The notes: generated by a model not told the origin, from the sequence alone. 63,302 nucleotides of DNA, filler included, from Klebsormidium nitens (GCA_000708835.1; 7 parts of 7 records of this genome joined end to end with filler, not necessarily neighbours in it); one strand, 5' to 3'; positions 35,201 through 48,801 are shown, counted from the whole stretch's first letter. A program made the numbers and translations.

Positions 35201-36184
35201 TCTGCGATGTACGCTTCTTGGACTGAAATTTCAACTCGGTAGTGGGTTATGCTATTGGCGTATATGTATCGATCGTCGAAAACGTACTTTCAGTGTCGCA
35301 ACTGTAAGCTCAGAAAGCTCCCCTCTCAGAAAAGAACTACTCATGACTGCGGCGCGACGGCGGCGATATACACAGTGCAACTCACTAGCAACAAACTACC
35401 CCAATGATGTACTAAGCTGAGGGTGACATGAAAGCGGCGCGGGATATACAACACATGGTGACTGTGGTCGATATGAACAAGAGAGATCGTGGCTGTCGAA
35501 AACGAGGCGCCTTGCTTAAGTGATCGCTCCTAAACTAATGTCTTAAAAGTCGAAGGTCTTTCTCTTTTGTGGTCCCGGGACTCGCTGATCACTAACAAAA
35601 TAGAAACAGTCACTAGCGTCACTCGGTCTTATGTCTATGAACTGTGCTTCTCTTTGATTGCTTTCTTAATTAGCTCTGTTTCCGGCACGCCGAAAGTTGC
35701 ATGCCACGCTTGAAGATCAGAAATGTCACATGACGAACTTACTCTTGAAGCTAAGACGTCCAACCGTAGCCTGCCAACAGCGCTAGGCTATACCGTACAG
35801 TCTGGCTGAAGTAAAGATGTATGTGCTCATTCCGGCCGAAGTCGGGAGGCCGGAATTACCTACAGAAGCTATGCCAAAGTCGCCAACGCTAGCCGGAATT
35901 CCGCCGATCGACTTGGCCCCAGAAGGTCGGAAATGACGTCTGACTTGCGGCACCAGATACGCGCGCGGCCGCCGTAACTCCGGTAGACGAATTATGAAGG
36001 TAGTCACTTTTCGGGGTAACAGTTGTAAGCTCACCCCCACCAAACAGAAGACGCGTCCTCGCGGATGAAGAAGAAGAACATATGTACAATATGGCACAGT
36101 ATGAACACTGTACAAGAAGAAGAAGAGAAGCTCCCCATATGCTGGTCCCAAAAACCCCGTGAAGATAACCTGACTGCGGAAGTA

Positions 36185-37471
36185 CTAGGCATAACGAAGG
36201 TCCTCCATGTAAGGAAAGGCCTCGGTCAGAATGATATCCTGGTGTGGACGGTCGTGGAGGGCGCAATCGAGATACTCATCTGCTCGAATATAGAAGACAC
36301 TGATCCCCAGATCGCCGTGAGGGTGATCGTTGGTGATGTTGAGGATAATAACACGCCCATGCCTGGCGTCTAACATATGAAGCTCTTGCTCGAAGGTGTG
36401 CTGGCGGATAGGCTGTTGTTCAGCGGGCTCCACAATAAACGCCCGCTCCTCTTTGACATAAGCTGGCTCCGAATTGATGCGACGAAAAGTAATGGGTCGG
36501 CTTGACTGCGGCTGCGGATCTGCAGAAGGAGGCTTGGCTGGCGTATAGCCGGGAGGAATGGAGAGACGCAAAGAAACAGAAGACCGAGTCGGCTGTACGC
36601 TGACTGGCTGAGAAGCTGGTTGCGGAAAAGTCGAGGGAGGAGACAAAGCTGGGGGCACCGCAGCTGAAGGAAGAACAACTGCTGCAACTGGGACTGCAGC
36701 AGGTATCGAGATAGAGGCTGCCTGTACAGAGGAGACTGGGTGCGAAGTGGAAGAGGAAGGCAAAGCTAGAGAAACTGACGCCATCTGCTGAGCAGCAGCC
36801 AGCGCTAAAGACGAAGGGGGCACAACCGATTGCTCCCGCGCTGTCTCAGAAGAACGCCGTCTCACGGAACGTGCTGACGGAATGACTGCTGCCCAGTCGT
36901 CGTAAAAGCGGATACTGTGTTTCACCAAGCGCTCCAGACGAAGCCAGAAGTAGACGATATCATCGCGGACCACCTTAGAAGCATACTGTGGCTCCTTGCG
37001 CAAAATCCACTCGGCAAAAGACACCCCGTTGGCTTGAGTCCGGCACACCGTATCCACGCTCGTGTCCCCGGTATACTTATATTCCCCTTCCCCATACTCC
37101 AACATCCGCTTCAAACAGTCGGTGAAGATAACGAGAAGAGGATCCTCTGCCCGGCACTGCTTATAAGTCCCACGGCTCCGAAGGTCGGCAAGCAGCTCCA
37201 CCGTCAGAGTATACCGACTATCATCGTCCAGCTCGTCCCACTCGTCGATGCAGTGAATAAGGAAGTAGGCCCAGGCTTGATGACAAAACGCTGACGTGTC
37301 ATAGAAACGACGTTTGACAGTCCGGAAGTCGCCGAAGTTGGGCTCATAGGGCGGAACTTGGACTCGAAGTACAGGCGGGTTTGCAGTCGGAAGAGGTGAG
37401 GAAGGACGAGGTTCTTCAGAAGCTTGAGGAAGAGCCGGATCCCGGGGATCAGCCGACGTAACATCGTCCAT
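36185..37471 (-). CDS. 428-aa ORF, possibly retrotransposon gag-like, with a Pro/Ser-rich linker; 5' end runs into a gap
   Basis: Long open frame with a helical N-terminal half (…QANGVSFAEWIL…) and a low-complexity middle; a purine-rich GGTGGGGGTGAG tract lies ~150 nt downstream. No catalytic motif recognised. Confidence 0.35.
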   Translation of the reverse strand: MDDVTSADPRDPALPQASEEPRPSSPLPTANPPVLRVQVPPYEPNFGDFRTVKRRFYDTSAFCHQAWAYFLIHCIDEWDELDDDSRYTLTVELLADLRSRGTYKQCRAEDPLLVIFTDCLKRMLEYGEGEYKYTGDTSVDTVCRTQANGVSFAEWILRKEPQYASKVVRDDIVYFWLRLERLVKHSIRFYDDWAAVIPSARSVRRRSSETAREQSVVPPSSLALAAAQQMASVSLALPSSSTSHPVSSVQAASISIPAAVPVAAVVLPSAAVPPALSPPSTFPQPASQPVSVQPTRSSVSLRLSIPPGYTPAKPPSADPQPQSSRPITFRRINSEPAYVKEERAFIVEPAEQQPIRQHTFEQELHMLDARHGRVIILNITNDHPHGDLGISVFYIRADEYLDCALHDRPHQDIILTEAFPYMEDLRYA

Positions 37472-38329
37472 GTTGACGTTCGGCTGACCGTTGTCCAGAT
37501 TTTCGGGGTTGTCGGCGTATTTGGCGATAAGCTCTTCAGAAGTTGGNNNNNNNNNNNNNNNNNNNNNNNNNNNNNNNNNNNNNNNNNNNNTTAATTAATT
37601 AANNNNNNNNNNNNNNNNNNNNNNNNNNNNNNNNNNNNNNNNNNNNGATAGGCCGTGACTCGGAACACTCCATATACATTGTGTGAACTTGATTGATTGA
37701 ATATCACTTCCAACAACGCTGTGTTTCAACAGTATGGTACCACTGTCCTCTACGGAACCTCCGGTACCTGAAAATGTTTTTCACCGGGGGTATTCGTGCA
37801 CACTCATTTTTGTGGAAATAATACGCGTCGATCGCAGTCCCGCCGTTTTCGGCGTGGAAGGTTTTGGATTTGGACTTCCTTACTCCCCGGTATGAAAGTT
37901 TCTGTGATTCGAGTGACCACAACCTTACCCTCGGTACATAGTCTTTCGTCTAGCCATGTCGGCTCTGGCATTTGTAGAATTGTAGAGGCTATTGTCAGAA
38001 TGGTACAATTACCGTACATGAGTTACATACGTTGGTACCATTCTGACATCATACCGTAGTACAAATGTACGGTAGACTCTACAATTTTGACACATTTGGA
38101 CCCGGATAAATGTCTCCCGGACGGTACCGCTCGTAGTTGCACCTTGCGGAGCTCCACCACCGACCGGCCGTCTGCCCACCCACCTCATATCGGACGGCGC
38201 AGATTGCGATATAGTTCAATCCACGGTAATTTGTGCCTCATCATGCGCGGAGATCTTCTTGGGCAGGTGGGGGCCTCAGATTTCTTTAAAACGTTAGGGG
38301 CGGGCTTGCACGCCTCTTCATGAACGCTA

Positions 38330-38992
38330 TGGACAAGCTTGGTGTAGACAACTACATCGATTGGAGTCGCAAGATCAAGTTCTTGTTGATATCCAAAGAT
38401 CTATGCGACGGGTGATGGATCCAAAAACTCGCGCTACTCATTCAACGAACGCGTTGTCCATCATGGAGCTGAACGTTTTGGACCACCATTTGGGGTCGAT
38501 TGAGGCGTGCAAGACCACAAGGAGGCTTGGGGTCTCCTTGAGACGACCTACAAGAGCAGATTCAATGCAAGGAAGATGCAGCTCAGGCAAGAGTTGCATT
38601 CCCTCATAAAGATGGGTGAGCCTGTGACCAAGTAGTGAGTTGCATGCACGTCAGTATGGCAAAGGAATTCGTTTACGGACTTGACAGCTACCGATTTCGA
38701 GCTGAAGCCGGACGAGCTAGCTTGGAGCGTGCTTGCGGGATTGCCGAGCTCGTTCAATACCCTGGGAACAATCCTAGAGGCTTCGGAGGGTGCCTGAAGC
38801 TCGGTGGATGCGATTTCACCTAAGCTTTTGGTGCATGAGCAGAGGTTTCAGTTGCCCAAGGAAGAGGGCGGTGGTGGGTCGGACTCCGCTGTGGCTTATG
38901 TACCTCAGCGGAAAGGGAGCAAGGAGAAGAGCCACGGCAAGGATGAGATTCGGGGCAAGGGGCTTGAGTGCTACAATTGCGGTGAGTCACAT
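38330..38992 (+). pseudogene. Copia gag fragment interrupted at its zinc knuckle by an LTR
   Basis: DKLGVDNYIDWSRKIKFLLISKDL; GLPSSFNTLGTILE; AISPKLLVHEQR; GLECYNCGESH truncated at TGTTGAAA. Confidence 0.75.
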
Positions 38993-39620
38993 TGTTGAAA
39001 GCTGTCGTCTTGAAGCGCGCCTTTCAAGTGCACAATTGCCAGGAATGAGTGTCCATCACAAGTCAAGAGTCCAAATCAAGTCCAATCACGTAGCTAGGTC
39101 TACTCTAGCTTATGTGGAGTTCTTTATTAGCCTAGGTGGTCCCTTTTTCAAATCGACGGCCTAGCTTCAACTACTCCAACAATTACCATCGGACGATCGA
39201 CACGACCTTCTCTTAATCTGTCCTTAATCTCGATGGTCTCGTATGCGTTCATCTTAATCTGATCTAAGTCTACGTGCTCTTTACGTTGGTTGTCTTAATC
39301 TCGATTGATCTTAATCTTAACCACCTTTAGACGCCAATCTTATAGCACATTAAGATCAATCTCGCTTACATCAAGTCCTTAATCTCACAAGCATTAAGAC
39401 CTTAATCTCGGCCTCATCCGGTCTTAATCTCATCCACATTAAGACCTTAATCTTGGCCTCATTAAGACCAAACCTATGCATCACTTAATGAACCCACCAC
39501 ACTATAATGTACAGGATATTAGGGTGTTATCAAGACAAATACTCCATAATCTCAACAGAGATTAAGACCAAAGACTCCTTAATTCTAACAGAGATCAGCA
39601 CCAAGACTCCTTAATTTCAA
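38993..39620 (-). mobile_element. 3' LTR (628 bp) of the minus-strand Copia element
   Basis: TGTTGAAA...TTTCAACA termini; the PPT (GTGGGGGAG on the minus strand) abuts 39620; related to the solo LTR at 53488-53858. Confidence 0.85.
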
Positions 39621-42259
39621 CACTCCCCCACGCACTACATATCCTACGCAACTCCTATCTCCCTTCGGCACTTAGAGAACTTCCCCGGTGTCAGCGCCTT
39701 GGTCAAAATGTCCGCCTTCATGTCCTCAGTCCTGCAATATGCGAACTCGATCTCCTTCCGCGCTACCCTCTCGCGCAAAGTGATGAATCACGTCAATGTG
39801 CTTCGGCCGCTGTGAGGCAATCGGATGCTTAAGGAGCCGTGGTGCCCCTTGGTTGTCGCAGTAAATCTTGACCCTTCGGAGGTTCAACCCGAGATCTCCT
39901 CCGAGCTTGCGGAACCACAACGCCTCCTTCACGGCTTGTCCTGCGCTCATATACTCCGACTCCACCGTCGAAGCCGCCACCGTCGGTTGAAGACGGCTCG
40001 ACCAACTCACCGCTCTCCTGTACATCAAGAAGACGTACCCCGTTGTAGAACGCCTTGTGTCGACGTCCCTCGCGTAGTCGGCGTCACAAAACGCCTCTAG
40101 GACCTCGCCGCTCCCCCCAAAGGTTATTCCGGCTTCCGCGGTCCCCGCCAAGTAGCGCACCACCCGGAGCGCTGCCGTCCGATGTGCCTCCGTCGGTGCG
40201 CTTGTGCAGCGCGCCAATGCCCCCACGGCTTGAGCAATGTCGGGCCGTGTGCACACGCTCAAGTAGAGCAAACTCCCAATGAGCTCGCTATAGGGGAACT
40301 TCGCCGTGTCAAGCGGCTTCCCCTCCCTCGCTAACTTCTCCCCCGCACCGAGGGGAACCGAGCGCGCCCGTGCGCCCGCCAACCTGTGCCGTCCGAGCAA
40401 CTCACCCGTTAGCTTCTTTTGCGTCAGCTTTAAGGTGCGCCCCTCCCGGTCGCTCCATCCCAAGGAAGTACGTCGCCTCCCCCAAGTCGCGCACGTCGAA
40501 CTTCTCCGCCAAGTGCGCCTTCACCTTCGCAATCCGCTCCGCTCCCCGGGCCGCGACGAGAATGTCGTCCACCCACACGATGAGGTAAACCCGCTCCCCG
40601 TCCACCACTCCCGAAAAGAGGGCCGCGTCCGCAAAGGACGCCACGAACTCGAGGTTCCCGAGCTTCTCCTTCAAGCGCGTGTGCCACGCACGCGGCGCTT
40701 GGCGCAACCCGTACAAGGTGCGCTTGAGGTGGCAAACCATGTTAGGCCCGCCTTGCTCGTACCCTTGCGGTTGTTGCATGTAATCTCCTCCTCGAGCTCA
40801 CCGTTAAGGAACGCCGTCTTAACGTCCAATTGGTGCGACTCCAAATCGCGCTCCGCGACCACCGCTAGAAGCGCCTGCAAGGTGGTGTGCTTGCTCACGG
40901 GGGCATAGACCTCCTCGAAGTCGATCCCTTGCTTTTGCAAGTACCCTTTCGCCACCAAACGAGACTTGTACCGCTCCAGGTTCTCAAGCGCATCCCGCTT
41001 AATCTTGTAAACCCACTTCATGGGAACCGGCTTCACCCCCTCCGGTTTTTTTGACTAGTTCCCACGTCCCGTTTTCCAACAAGGACCGCATCTCCTCGTC
41101 CATTGACATCCGCCAAAGCTCGCTCTCTTCTCCCCCTACGGCTTCTTGATACGTTTGCGGCTCGGGATGCTCCCCCGACCCCCCTACACCCATCCAAGTC
41201 GGGGGGCTCACACGACTAGGGCCGCAAGCACCCCCCTCCTTCCCCGGATCGGAGCCAAGCTCAACGATCGCGGACGGCCCACGCTCATCCACCATGACGT
41301 CGCGGGAAGTTAAGATCCTACCATCCCGCTCCCGAAGGACCCGGTAGGATTTCGAGTTGGGCTCGTAGCCCAAGAACACCCCCCTCTCGCTCACCGGCTC
41401 CATCTTCTTCCGGTTTCCCTTGGGCACGTGGATGTAGGCCCGCGCCCCAAACACCCGCAAGTGGCTTAGGTTCGGCTTCTCCCCATAGAACATTTCCCAC
41501 GGGGTCTTGCCGTGCACGCTCGAGGGAACCTGGTTCCAAGTGTAGTTGGCCGTCACCATCGCTTCCGCCCACAATTCCGGCCCCAACCCAGCAAAGCCCG
41601 CGCTCTTTCCTCGAGCGTCCGGTTCAACCGCTCCGCCGCCGAACCGTTTTGTTCGGGAGAGTGCCCCGCCGTGGTCCGTTGCACCGTCCCTCTTTTCCCG
41701 CGGAGGGCCGTCATTCCCTCATTTACGTACTCCCCGCCCCGGTCCGTTTGCACCGCCTTGACCTTCTTCCCGGATTGCAATCCAAGCGGGAAACACGCTG
41801 TCCGTGACCGCCGTAACGTCGCTCTTCCGCTTTCAACGGTTGGAGAGCTTGCTATAGTCGTCGAGAAAAGTGGCCAACTACCTACTCCCCCCCTTTGACG
41901 TCACCGGCATGGGCCCGCACACGTCCATGTGCACGAGCTCGAGGGGCTCCGTACTCTCCTTGGAGTCCGACTCCTTGGGGAACGGCTTCCGGGTTTGCTT
42001 CCCCATGATGCAAGGCTCGCACACCAAAGTTTTCTCCTCCCGGAACGCCCCCGCTTTCACCCCCACACCCCGGACCAACCCGGGGCCCTCGACCATCTTG
42101 GCCAAGCTCTCATAGCCGGCGTGCCCCAACCTCCGGTGCCACAACACCGGGCTCTCGGCTTCCCTCACGAGCAAGCACGTGTCCTCCCACGTTGCCCTCG
42201 GTTGGCAAATCACCGACATGCCCTCCGCGTTCTCTTCCGCTCGAAGCATAACTTCTCCG
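39621..42259 (-). mobile_element. degenerate Ty1/Copia pol (GAG-pre-integrase, integrase, RT, RNase H)
   Basis: LWHRRLGH; PLELVHMDVCGP; VQTDRGGEY; QNGSAAERLNR; KWVYKIK; YKSRLVAKG; [11 protein letters not shown]; LIVWVDDIL; EAFCDADYA; KHIDVIHHF. Multiple frameshifts; ends at a gap. Confidence 0.95.
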
Positions 42260-45200
42260 TNNNNNNNNNNNNNNNNNNNNNNNNNNNNNNNNNNNNNNNN
42301 NNNNTTAATTAATTAANNNNNNNNNNNNNNNNNNNNNNNNNNNNNNNNNNNNNNNNNNNNTCGTTACACCTCTGTAGCTGAGTCGATTCCCTTGCGTCTG
42401 CCGAACAGGGAGGTATGCCAATCAGATACAATGATCAGCAGATCTAGCAGAAGCACGGTCTGTATTGACTTCCGTGATCATGCACAAATTATCATGCACA
42501 ACTAATCATACACAGATTAAGACCGGAAACAAAGGAGAGCAGAATGGTGCTTGCCTGCCTGCGTTCCATCAATTTTGTCTGGCACATGGGAATGTGGAAA
42601 AAGCACCACTGAGTGAACTGCCAACAAGGTGTGAGCACAGGCCACGATTCAATATCCAACTCACGACCAGTTTCTATAAGATTGACAAGCCTGGCGAAAG
42701 TACTCAAGCAACATAGCACGCCTTAAGATTCTGGACGGGCAGCAAGTTCTCGCAGATCTGCTCACTTTCCCAGTGCTTCACTTCGCCAGCCTGGCCGCGT
42801 AAGGGGCTCCGGCGGGGGCACGTCCGTCCGCTCTCTTGCCCGGGCTCAATCAGAAATAAGGGCCACCACACGGCGTTTACTTGTGTCCAGGGTGACGTCA
42901 GCGGGACTTCCCGCTGACAGGACTGAAACCGCGCAGCAATTGACACCCGTGCTCGGGGTGGCGGGGTTCGTCAGGCGGCACTCACTAGGCCAGCGGAACG
43001 TAGTCGAAGACAGGGCGGGAGCTAGAACGAGCGCTCGGTTGACGAGCCCGGGCACAGGAAAACCACCGTTTATGCGATTCCCTGCATCAAGGCGGAAACC
43101 TGCGCGGAGACGATCTTCGAGATGAGTGTCAAAGTAGTCATGCCCTTCCAAAGGCCGTACACAGGTCTTATGAAAGGCCTCAGAAAACAGTGAGTAGTCA
43201 TTTCGGAGCATTAGTGGTAACCAAACAGGCTTTGACTTTGCACCCTCTTCTACAGGTCCCGGGTACACATGCCATTGCGTGATCTTCCCTTCGAAAGCCG
43301 GCTTTCAGAGGGGATCCACAGGTTGTTCAACGCTGTCAAAAGCTGTGTCAAGAGTAAACTGACGGCATATTTAAGAGGAGGTAGAATAAAACCAATCCGC
43401 ACAACCGCAAACCATGCTACAGGATACATTAATCAGGCGAAGACCGAACGCAGAACGGGAGAATGCAACCGGCTATATCCCACCTGTTGGGCGATAGCTT
43501 TCCATCAACCAAGTCCTTTCGCGCGGCCCCCGCGAGTACGACCCGTCCAGAACCGCCACTCCAATCACGAGCCACGCGCCTTCCTACCGCTGACCAGGGC
43601 GCACGCTTTCCTTCAGACGGGCGGAGGCGAATGATGTCAGCGGGGAGCCAGTGGATGACGTCAGCAAGGGGTTCCATCCGGCGGCGTACCTGCGGTGGTA
43701 GCAGATCGGCTCGGCGCTGAGTGCACGAGGATAGCAATCAAACGTTCTCAGAAGTGCACCGATGGACCGCTCACAGCCCGCCCAACGTAGACAGAACAGA
43801 CGTCTGGGAAGGTTGATTGGAATAGCGCACCCGGGTTGCCAAGAATACACGTCTCAGTTCCTAGACCGCTATTTTGTCTTGGTGCATACGGTCGTCAAAC
43901 TGGCGGACAGCAGCGGTGCAAGTAGCATTAGAAGGTCTCAGTAGACCGAACACCCACGCAACTTAGTTCCATGCAGTCGGGAACCTTTCGCACTCAATGA
44001 AAGCAAGCACACATGGCCAAATGAAGTGGCATCCTTGACGACAAACCTGGCACAAGTCGCCCGCGCGTTCACCGCACTCGCTTCCGCAGCGCCCTGTTGA
44101 ATCCCGTTACGAGCATCTGCTTCTACTGCGCGTCCTGGTGTTCTGACGAGGCTTGGCAATCTGGCGAGACGAGGACAAGAGCGAGGCGCCTCTCCGCTTG
44201 CACCTCGTCTGCAAAGGTACGGGGCAGGGGTGAGTACAACTGGTTCAAGAAAAGAGAAGGGGAGAGAACCGACAGCATTGCAGCCTTCGCCATTTTCACG
44301 ACGACTCGGCGAAGATGGAGAAGTTTGAGGATTGGAACGGTGCGAAAGAGATGTGGTTCCGAGCGTCGACATCAGGGCTGGTGCGGTAGACAAGGAAAAA
44401 TGGTTCACGACATGAACAAGGACTGGATATCAGCAAATCGTACGTAGGAGAACTCTGCATCACGCAATCTCAACAAGGGAAGCGAGACGAGCGGATACTT
44501 GACTTCTAAGTCAATCTCGGAACCCCCGAAGCGGAGCCATATTGTGCGGACCAAATTTTAACTAGCGGAGTCCTTATCCATACTTCTCCTTTCCAAGCAA
44601 CGAGAACCCTGCGGAGGCCGTTCACGCCTGGAAAACGCTGCAGGAGTTCGTCACGCAACACGTCAAAGCCGTCAGCGTACCCTCCGCCTCTAGGCGTGTG
44701 CCGCAGGCAGCGGCCGCAACGCTAATACGATTCGCGTCCTCCAGGCTCTCTGATTCAGGACCCGCACAGCAGGGAGGCCAGCGCCCGGGTCCGGACCACG
44801 CCCAGTTGACGTCAGCTTTCCGTCCGATCGCGCCCAAATGACGTCAGCTTCCCGCCCGCCTTCTCCACCTGATGACGTCAGCAAAACCATCGGTTGTCGG
44901 CGCTGGTGGAGGGGGCACGCAGCTCTTGGAGAAGCGGACGGAGTAGTATATAATGCAACGGTGGCAGGACTCTGTGGAAATACGAGGGCGAAAGTGAGTC
45001 GGAGCCCAAGAAGAGGCCGCCGTCTTACGGCGTAAGACTTGAAGAGGGGTGGGCCCTGCAGATATAGATTCTGGAATCCACTGGAGATGAAATCAATGCT
45101 ACAGAACTGCTAGCGGTTCGAATTAATGCGGACTAGGTCTGTATGCGCCCCTTCTCATAGTCTATCATGGGTGTCCACATAGGATGATGACCAGACTTGT

Positions 45201-47302
45201 CAAACGCCCTTTTCTGATCACTTGAACCTTGACTGCAGACCACCAATCGAGGTTCTGACCGAAGACATGATCCGGAAAGCCTGTACATAAATTGACCGGA
45301 TATATCGAGGAGAAGTTCTAGGAAGATTGGAACAGAGATATGCCGAGGAAAGACTTCACAAAGCTCGGCTTCGTCGGCCAAGGAAGCACGTCGAGGCACC
45401 TGCACTAAGCGAACTGAGCTTCGTCGCCGCCACCGCCGGCATCCAAATCGTTATCTGAAATATCTGATAAGAGATTTGAGGACAGTGATCAGCGCAGGGC
45501 GCCGGTTGAACGACAGACCGAAGTCAGGACACAGATGAACAATATTGGCAGACCGGTATTGCTACTTGTCAACCCAATAACGCAAGAGACACGGTGGTAA
45601 GTAATGAAGAAGGTTCTGGTCTCTCACCGCAGCGGTTGCAACGAAGGCCGCCGTCTCGTACGCTTCCTTGCGCACGACAACTGGCGCTGGTTCCACATAT
45701 TGTCCTACGCGCCTGCGCGCCCCTCCGAGCCGGGCGCAAGCCGGGCATTAGGTGCCGACGTCACGGCTGACTAGTTGCTAGCGTCGCCCGGAGACGGGCA
45801 CGAGCATGCTGCCGGTTGCTGACGTCACCGAAGAGCGTGATGACGCCAGCCTCGGAGGCTGGCACCGTGGCATCCCTGGCAAAAAGAAAAGATGAAATAG
45901 CATTGAAGGATGGATCTACAACAAATGGATCGGTCCGAGCTGGCTGATGACGTTAGAGTAAATGAAATTCCTCTCTCCTGAGTTCCGAGTCAGGGAGTTC
46001 ATCAAGAACGATTCCATGTGCTGGCGGATGAATGCAGAGATGGTCCAATATTAGCCCTGGCCTGTGCAAAAAGAAAGCCCAAAAATAGGAAGTCTGCTGT
46101 CTGCCCCCAATCAATGGCCACATGCAGTATGGTTAAAACATGGAAAACTGCGCCTCTGTTCCATAGTCTCTCACAATACAGTCAGAGCGCTTAAAACCGT
46201 GGAAACGGTAAGAGAGATCTGCCTGTGGCCGAGCGACAATGCAAACGCTTCCGTGTCAAAGGCTAAGGAAGTGTCGGCCGCAGATAGGCACCTCGTCTTC
46301 AAATCCAGCCGGCAAAGTCAAGAAGTTTGCAAGAGGTAATTTGAGACTTCAGCTTACCTGAGGCGGGCTACTCCGTCAAAGTGCGCCCTCCGCTTAGACC
46401 TGGTTCTTTCCGCCGTGCTGAAGGCCGCCGCTTAAGCTTCTGCTGTCGAATGTCTTCCTCTCTCGGCCCGCCCTTTCCCTACGGCGAGAGGTGCCGCCTA
46501 GCCCCTCTTCTCCTCGCACGACCCAGACCCTCCGCCCAACTGACTTAAGGTGACCGTTCGGTGCTGACATCACGGCTGACCTCGCGGTCGTTGACCTCCA
46601 AACAAGGCCGGCGGCAGCGGTGCCTGAAAAGGGTGGGCAAAATTAAGAAAGGCTTCCGTTGCTTCGATCGATCCTTGCAAAAGGTTTGTGCTTCCTCAAA
46701 GTACGCAGGTTGGACGTTTAGTGCTATTTTCAAAATGCGTTAATATCTGAGCCAAGAGGAGGGTCGCTCAAAAGCGATCGACGATCCTTTCGCTCCCAAA
46801 TGCGACAAGTTTGCATCTTAAATCCTCATATAACCTGATACCAGATCTTAGAACTGAAATGGCGGACGTCACCAGAGTCTTCGACTGGTGGCAGCGATCA
46901 TCTTCTTGTCGACAATGAACAACACTCTTCGAAAGCTTAAATCAAACGATTGATGTCGAGGAGATGATCGAGATGCACGACGTCCCAAGCCACGAAATGA
47001 GAATGCACGTAACGTAGCAAGCATTAGCCACGCTATAACGCTGATCGCCCCTCCACACTTCTCACTCGCCGCTCCTCTTCCTTGCTTCCCTCCACCTCTT
47101 CTTCTTGCAGCCTCCTCCCCACTTTCTCCCCCGTTCCTCGTTCTCGCCCCGCACCTCGATTAGGGTTTCCCAGCCCCCGTTTCTCCACTCTCGGCTTTTC
47201 CCTAGCTTCCGGCCCCTTTTGCCACCCCCGCAGTTGCTTCCAGGGCCCCGTTCCCCCCAGCTTCCATGCCTAGTTTCCTGAGAATCTCAGCCGCTGCTGC
47301 TC

Positions 47303-48801
47303 TCAGCCCGCGGTCCGCTCCCTCCTGATCTCCGCATCCGGCAAAGTCGCCAGCGTCTGCAGCCTCTTAAGGCACTCCGGCACTGCAGCAATCGCCCGCC
47401 AAAATTCCTCTTCGCCTATACAGACGCTGAGGGCCGATAGCGCAACTTCCCGCATCCAATACAGTTTTAAGAGCTTCACCAAGTACTGCAGCACCCCAGG
47501 GATCCGCACGGGTTTCGCCCGGACTGCTGGATTGCCTTGGCAGGTCGATGATCAGCCACGTGGGAGCCTCCGGCAACTCGCTTCCCGCCTGCCTGGTTGC
47601 AGCATCCCGTGCTAGCGCCGCCAGTAGCGCCACAACCGACTGCTGCAGAAAGTTGCTTTTTCTGGTCAAACAGCCCACCAGCACTTGGAGTGCTCTCTCG
47701 TTCTGAGTTTTGCACCCCTTCTTGCAAGATCCCACAGCACGCTCGCCGCTTTCTCTGGCCCGTCCGAGTCGCCCCCTTCGTGTTCCACAAGGCCTATCAG
47801 CTTTTGCTGGTTATTCTTGAACTTGGACAATCAACCTGCAACTCTCAGCATCCCGGCTTGCCAAAGTTTCCAAGCTCTCTGCAACTGCTGTCCGTATCTC
47901 CACCCGCTCGCTCGTCACAAGGCTGAACAAGCTCCGGGAAAACACGGGCGTCAAAAGCACAGACTCTCGCATTGCCCCCCGGCTCTTGCACAGGTTAGAG
48001 AGCACCTCTCCAAAGTGACTGCCCAGGCCCGCAGCATCCAGAAGCGCAAGAAGTTTCTGCACGCACCCTTGCATCCCGGAAGTAGCACCAGCGTCTTTAT
48101 CGCCAGGATTTGCTAAGCACCACAGCACCCAGNNNNNNNNNNNNNNNNNNNNCGGCCGGTGGAGTACGAGTGGAGCTCCAAGGATTTCAGCATTGGAAGC
48201 TTCTCCAGAAAAGAGTCAGATTCCACACCAGGAATTGCAAAGCCATACAGGGTCAACGACGTCAACTTTCTGAAGGATCCTGAGAACCATACTCTGCTCA
48301 AAGTCACTGGACACCACTGTGCAGTTTCTTCTTCCCACAGAAGAAATTCCAAAATGCGGAGCCTTTTCAAAGCACCAAAAAGCAGGAAAACGTACTCCCA
48401 GTTGATGACATCCTCTAGGGCCAGATCTCCAACAAATCATTAAGTGGAGTTCCTCAAGGCTATCTTGAGTTGCGATAACGACTGATTGGAGGATCGCCAC
48501 CAACTGCGTTGGCCTTTCAACATCCAGAGCAACCTTTTTCAACGGACTCATTCTGTCTTGTTGGCGCACCATGTAACACAGGAAGGCATCCCCATCCTCA
48601 GGCCTGTCAAACTGCCAGTCCAGACACCCAGATCATTGTGTGCACAAGCCTCTGAAACCTTTTGCAGACCGACTCCAACCACATTCTTCCGTAACCCTTC
48701 TCCTCCATTCCAAAGTCATGAGGACTCCACAGGAATTTCTCGAAAATGCCCCCCAAGAGATCATCGCTTAGGCGATCGAAGTGGTTCACACGAGGCTCCA
48801 T
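47303..48801 (-). pseudogene. F-box + LRR-like + ARM-repeat gene with apparent frameshifts
   Basis: MEPRVNHFDRLSDDLLGGIFEKFL...LESVCKRFQRLV (F-box); FRKLTSLTLYGF, LPMLKSLEL (LRR-like); VQKLLALLD, LFSLVTSERVEIRTAVAESLETLA, PGVLQYLVKLL (ARM). At least two frame changes in 48620-48370; a small gap at 48132-48151. Confidence 0.7.
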
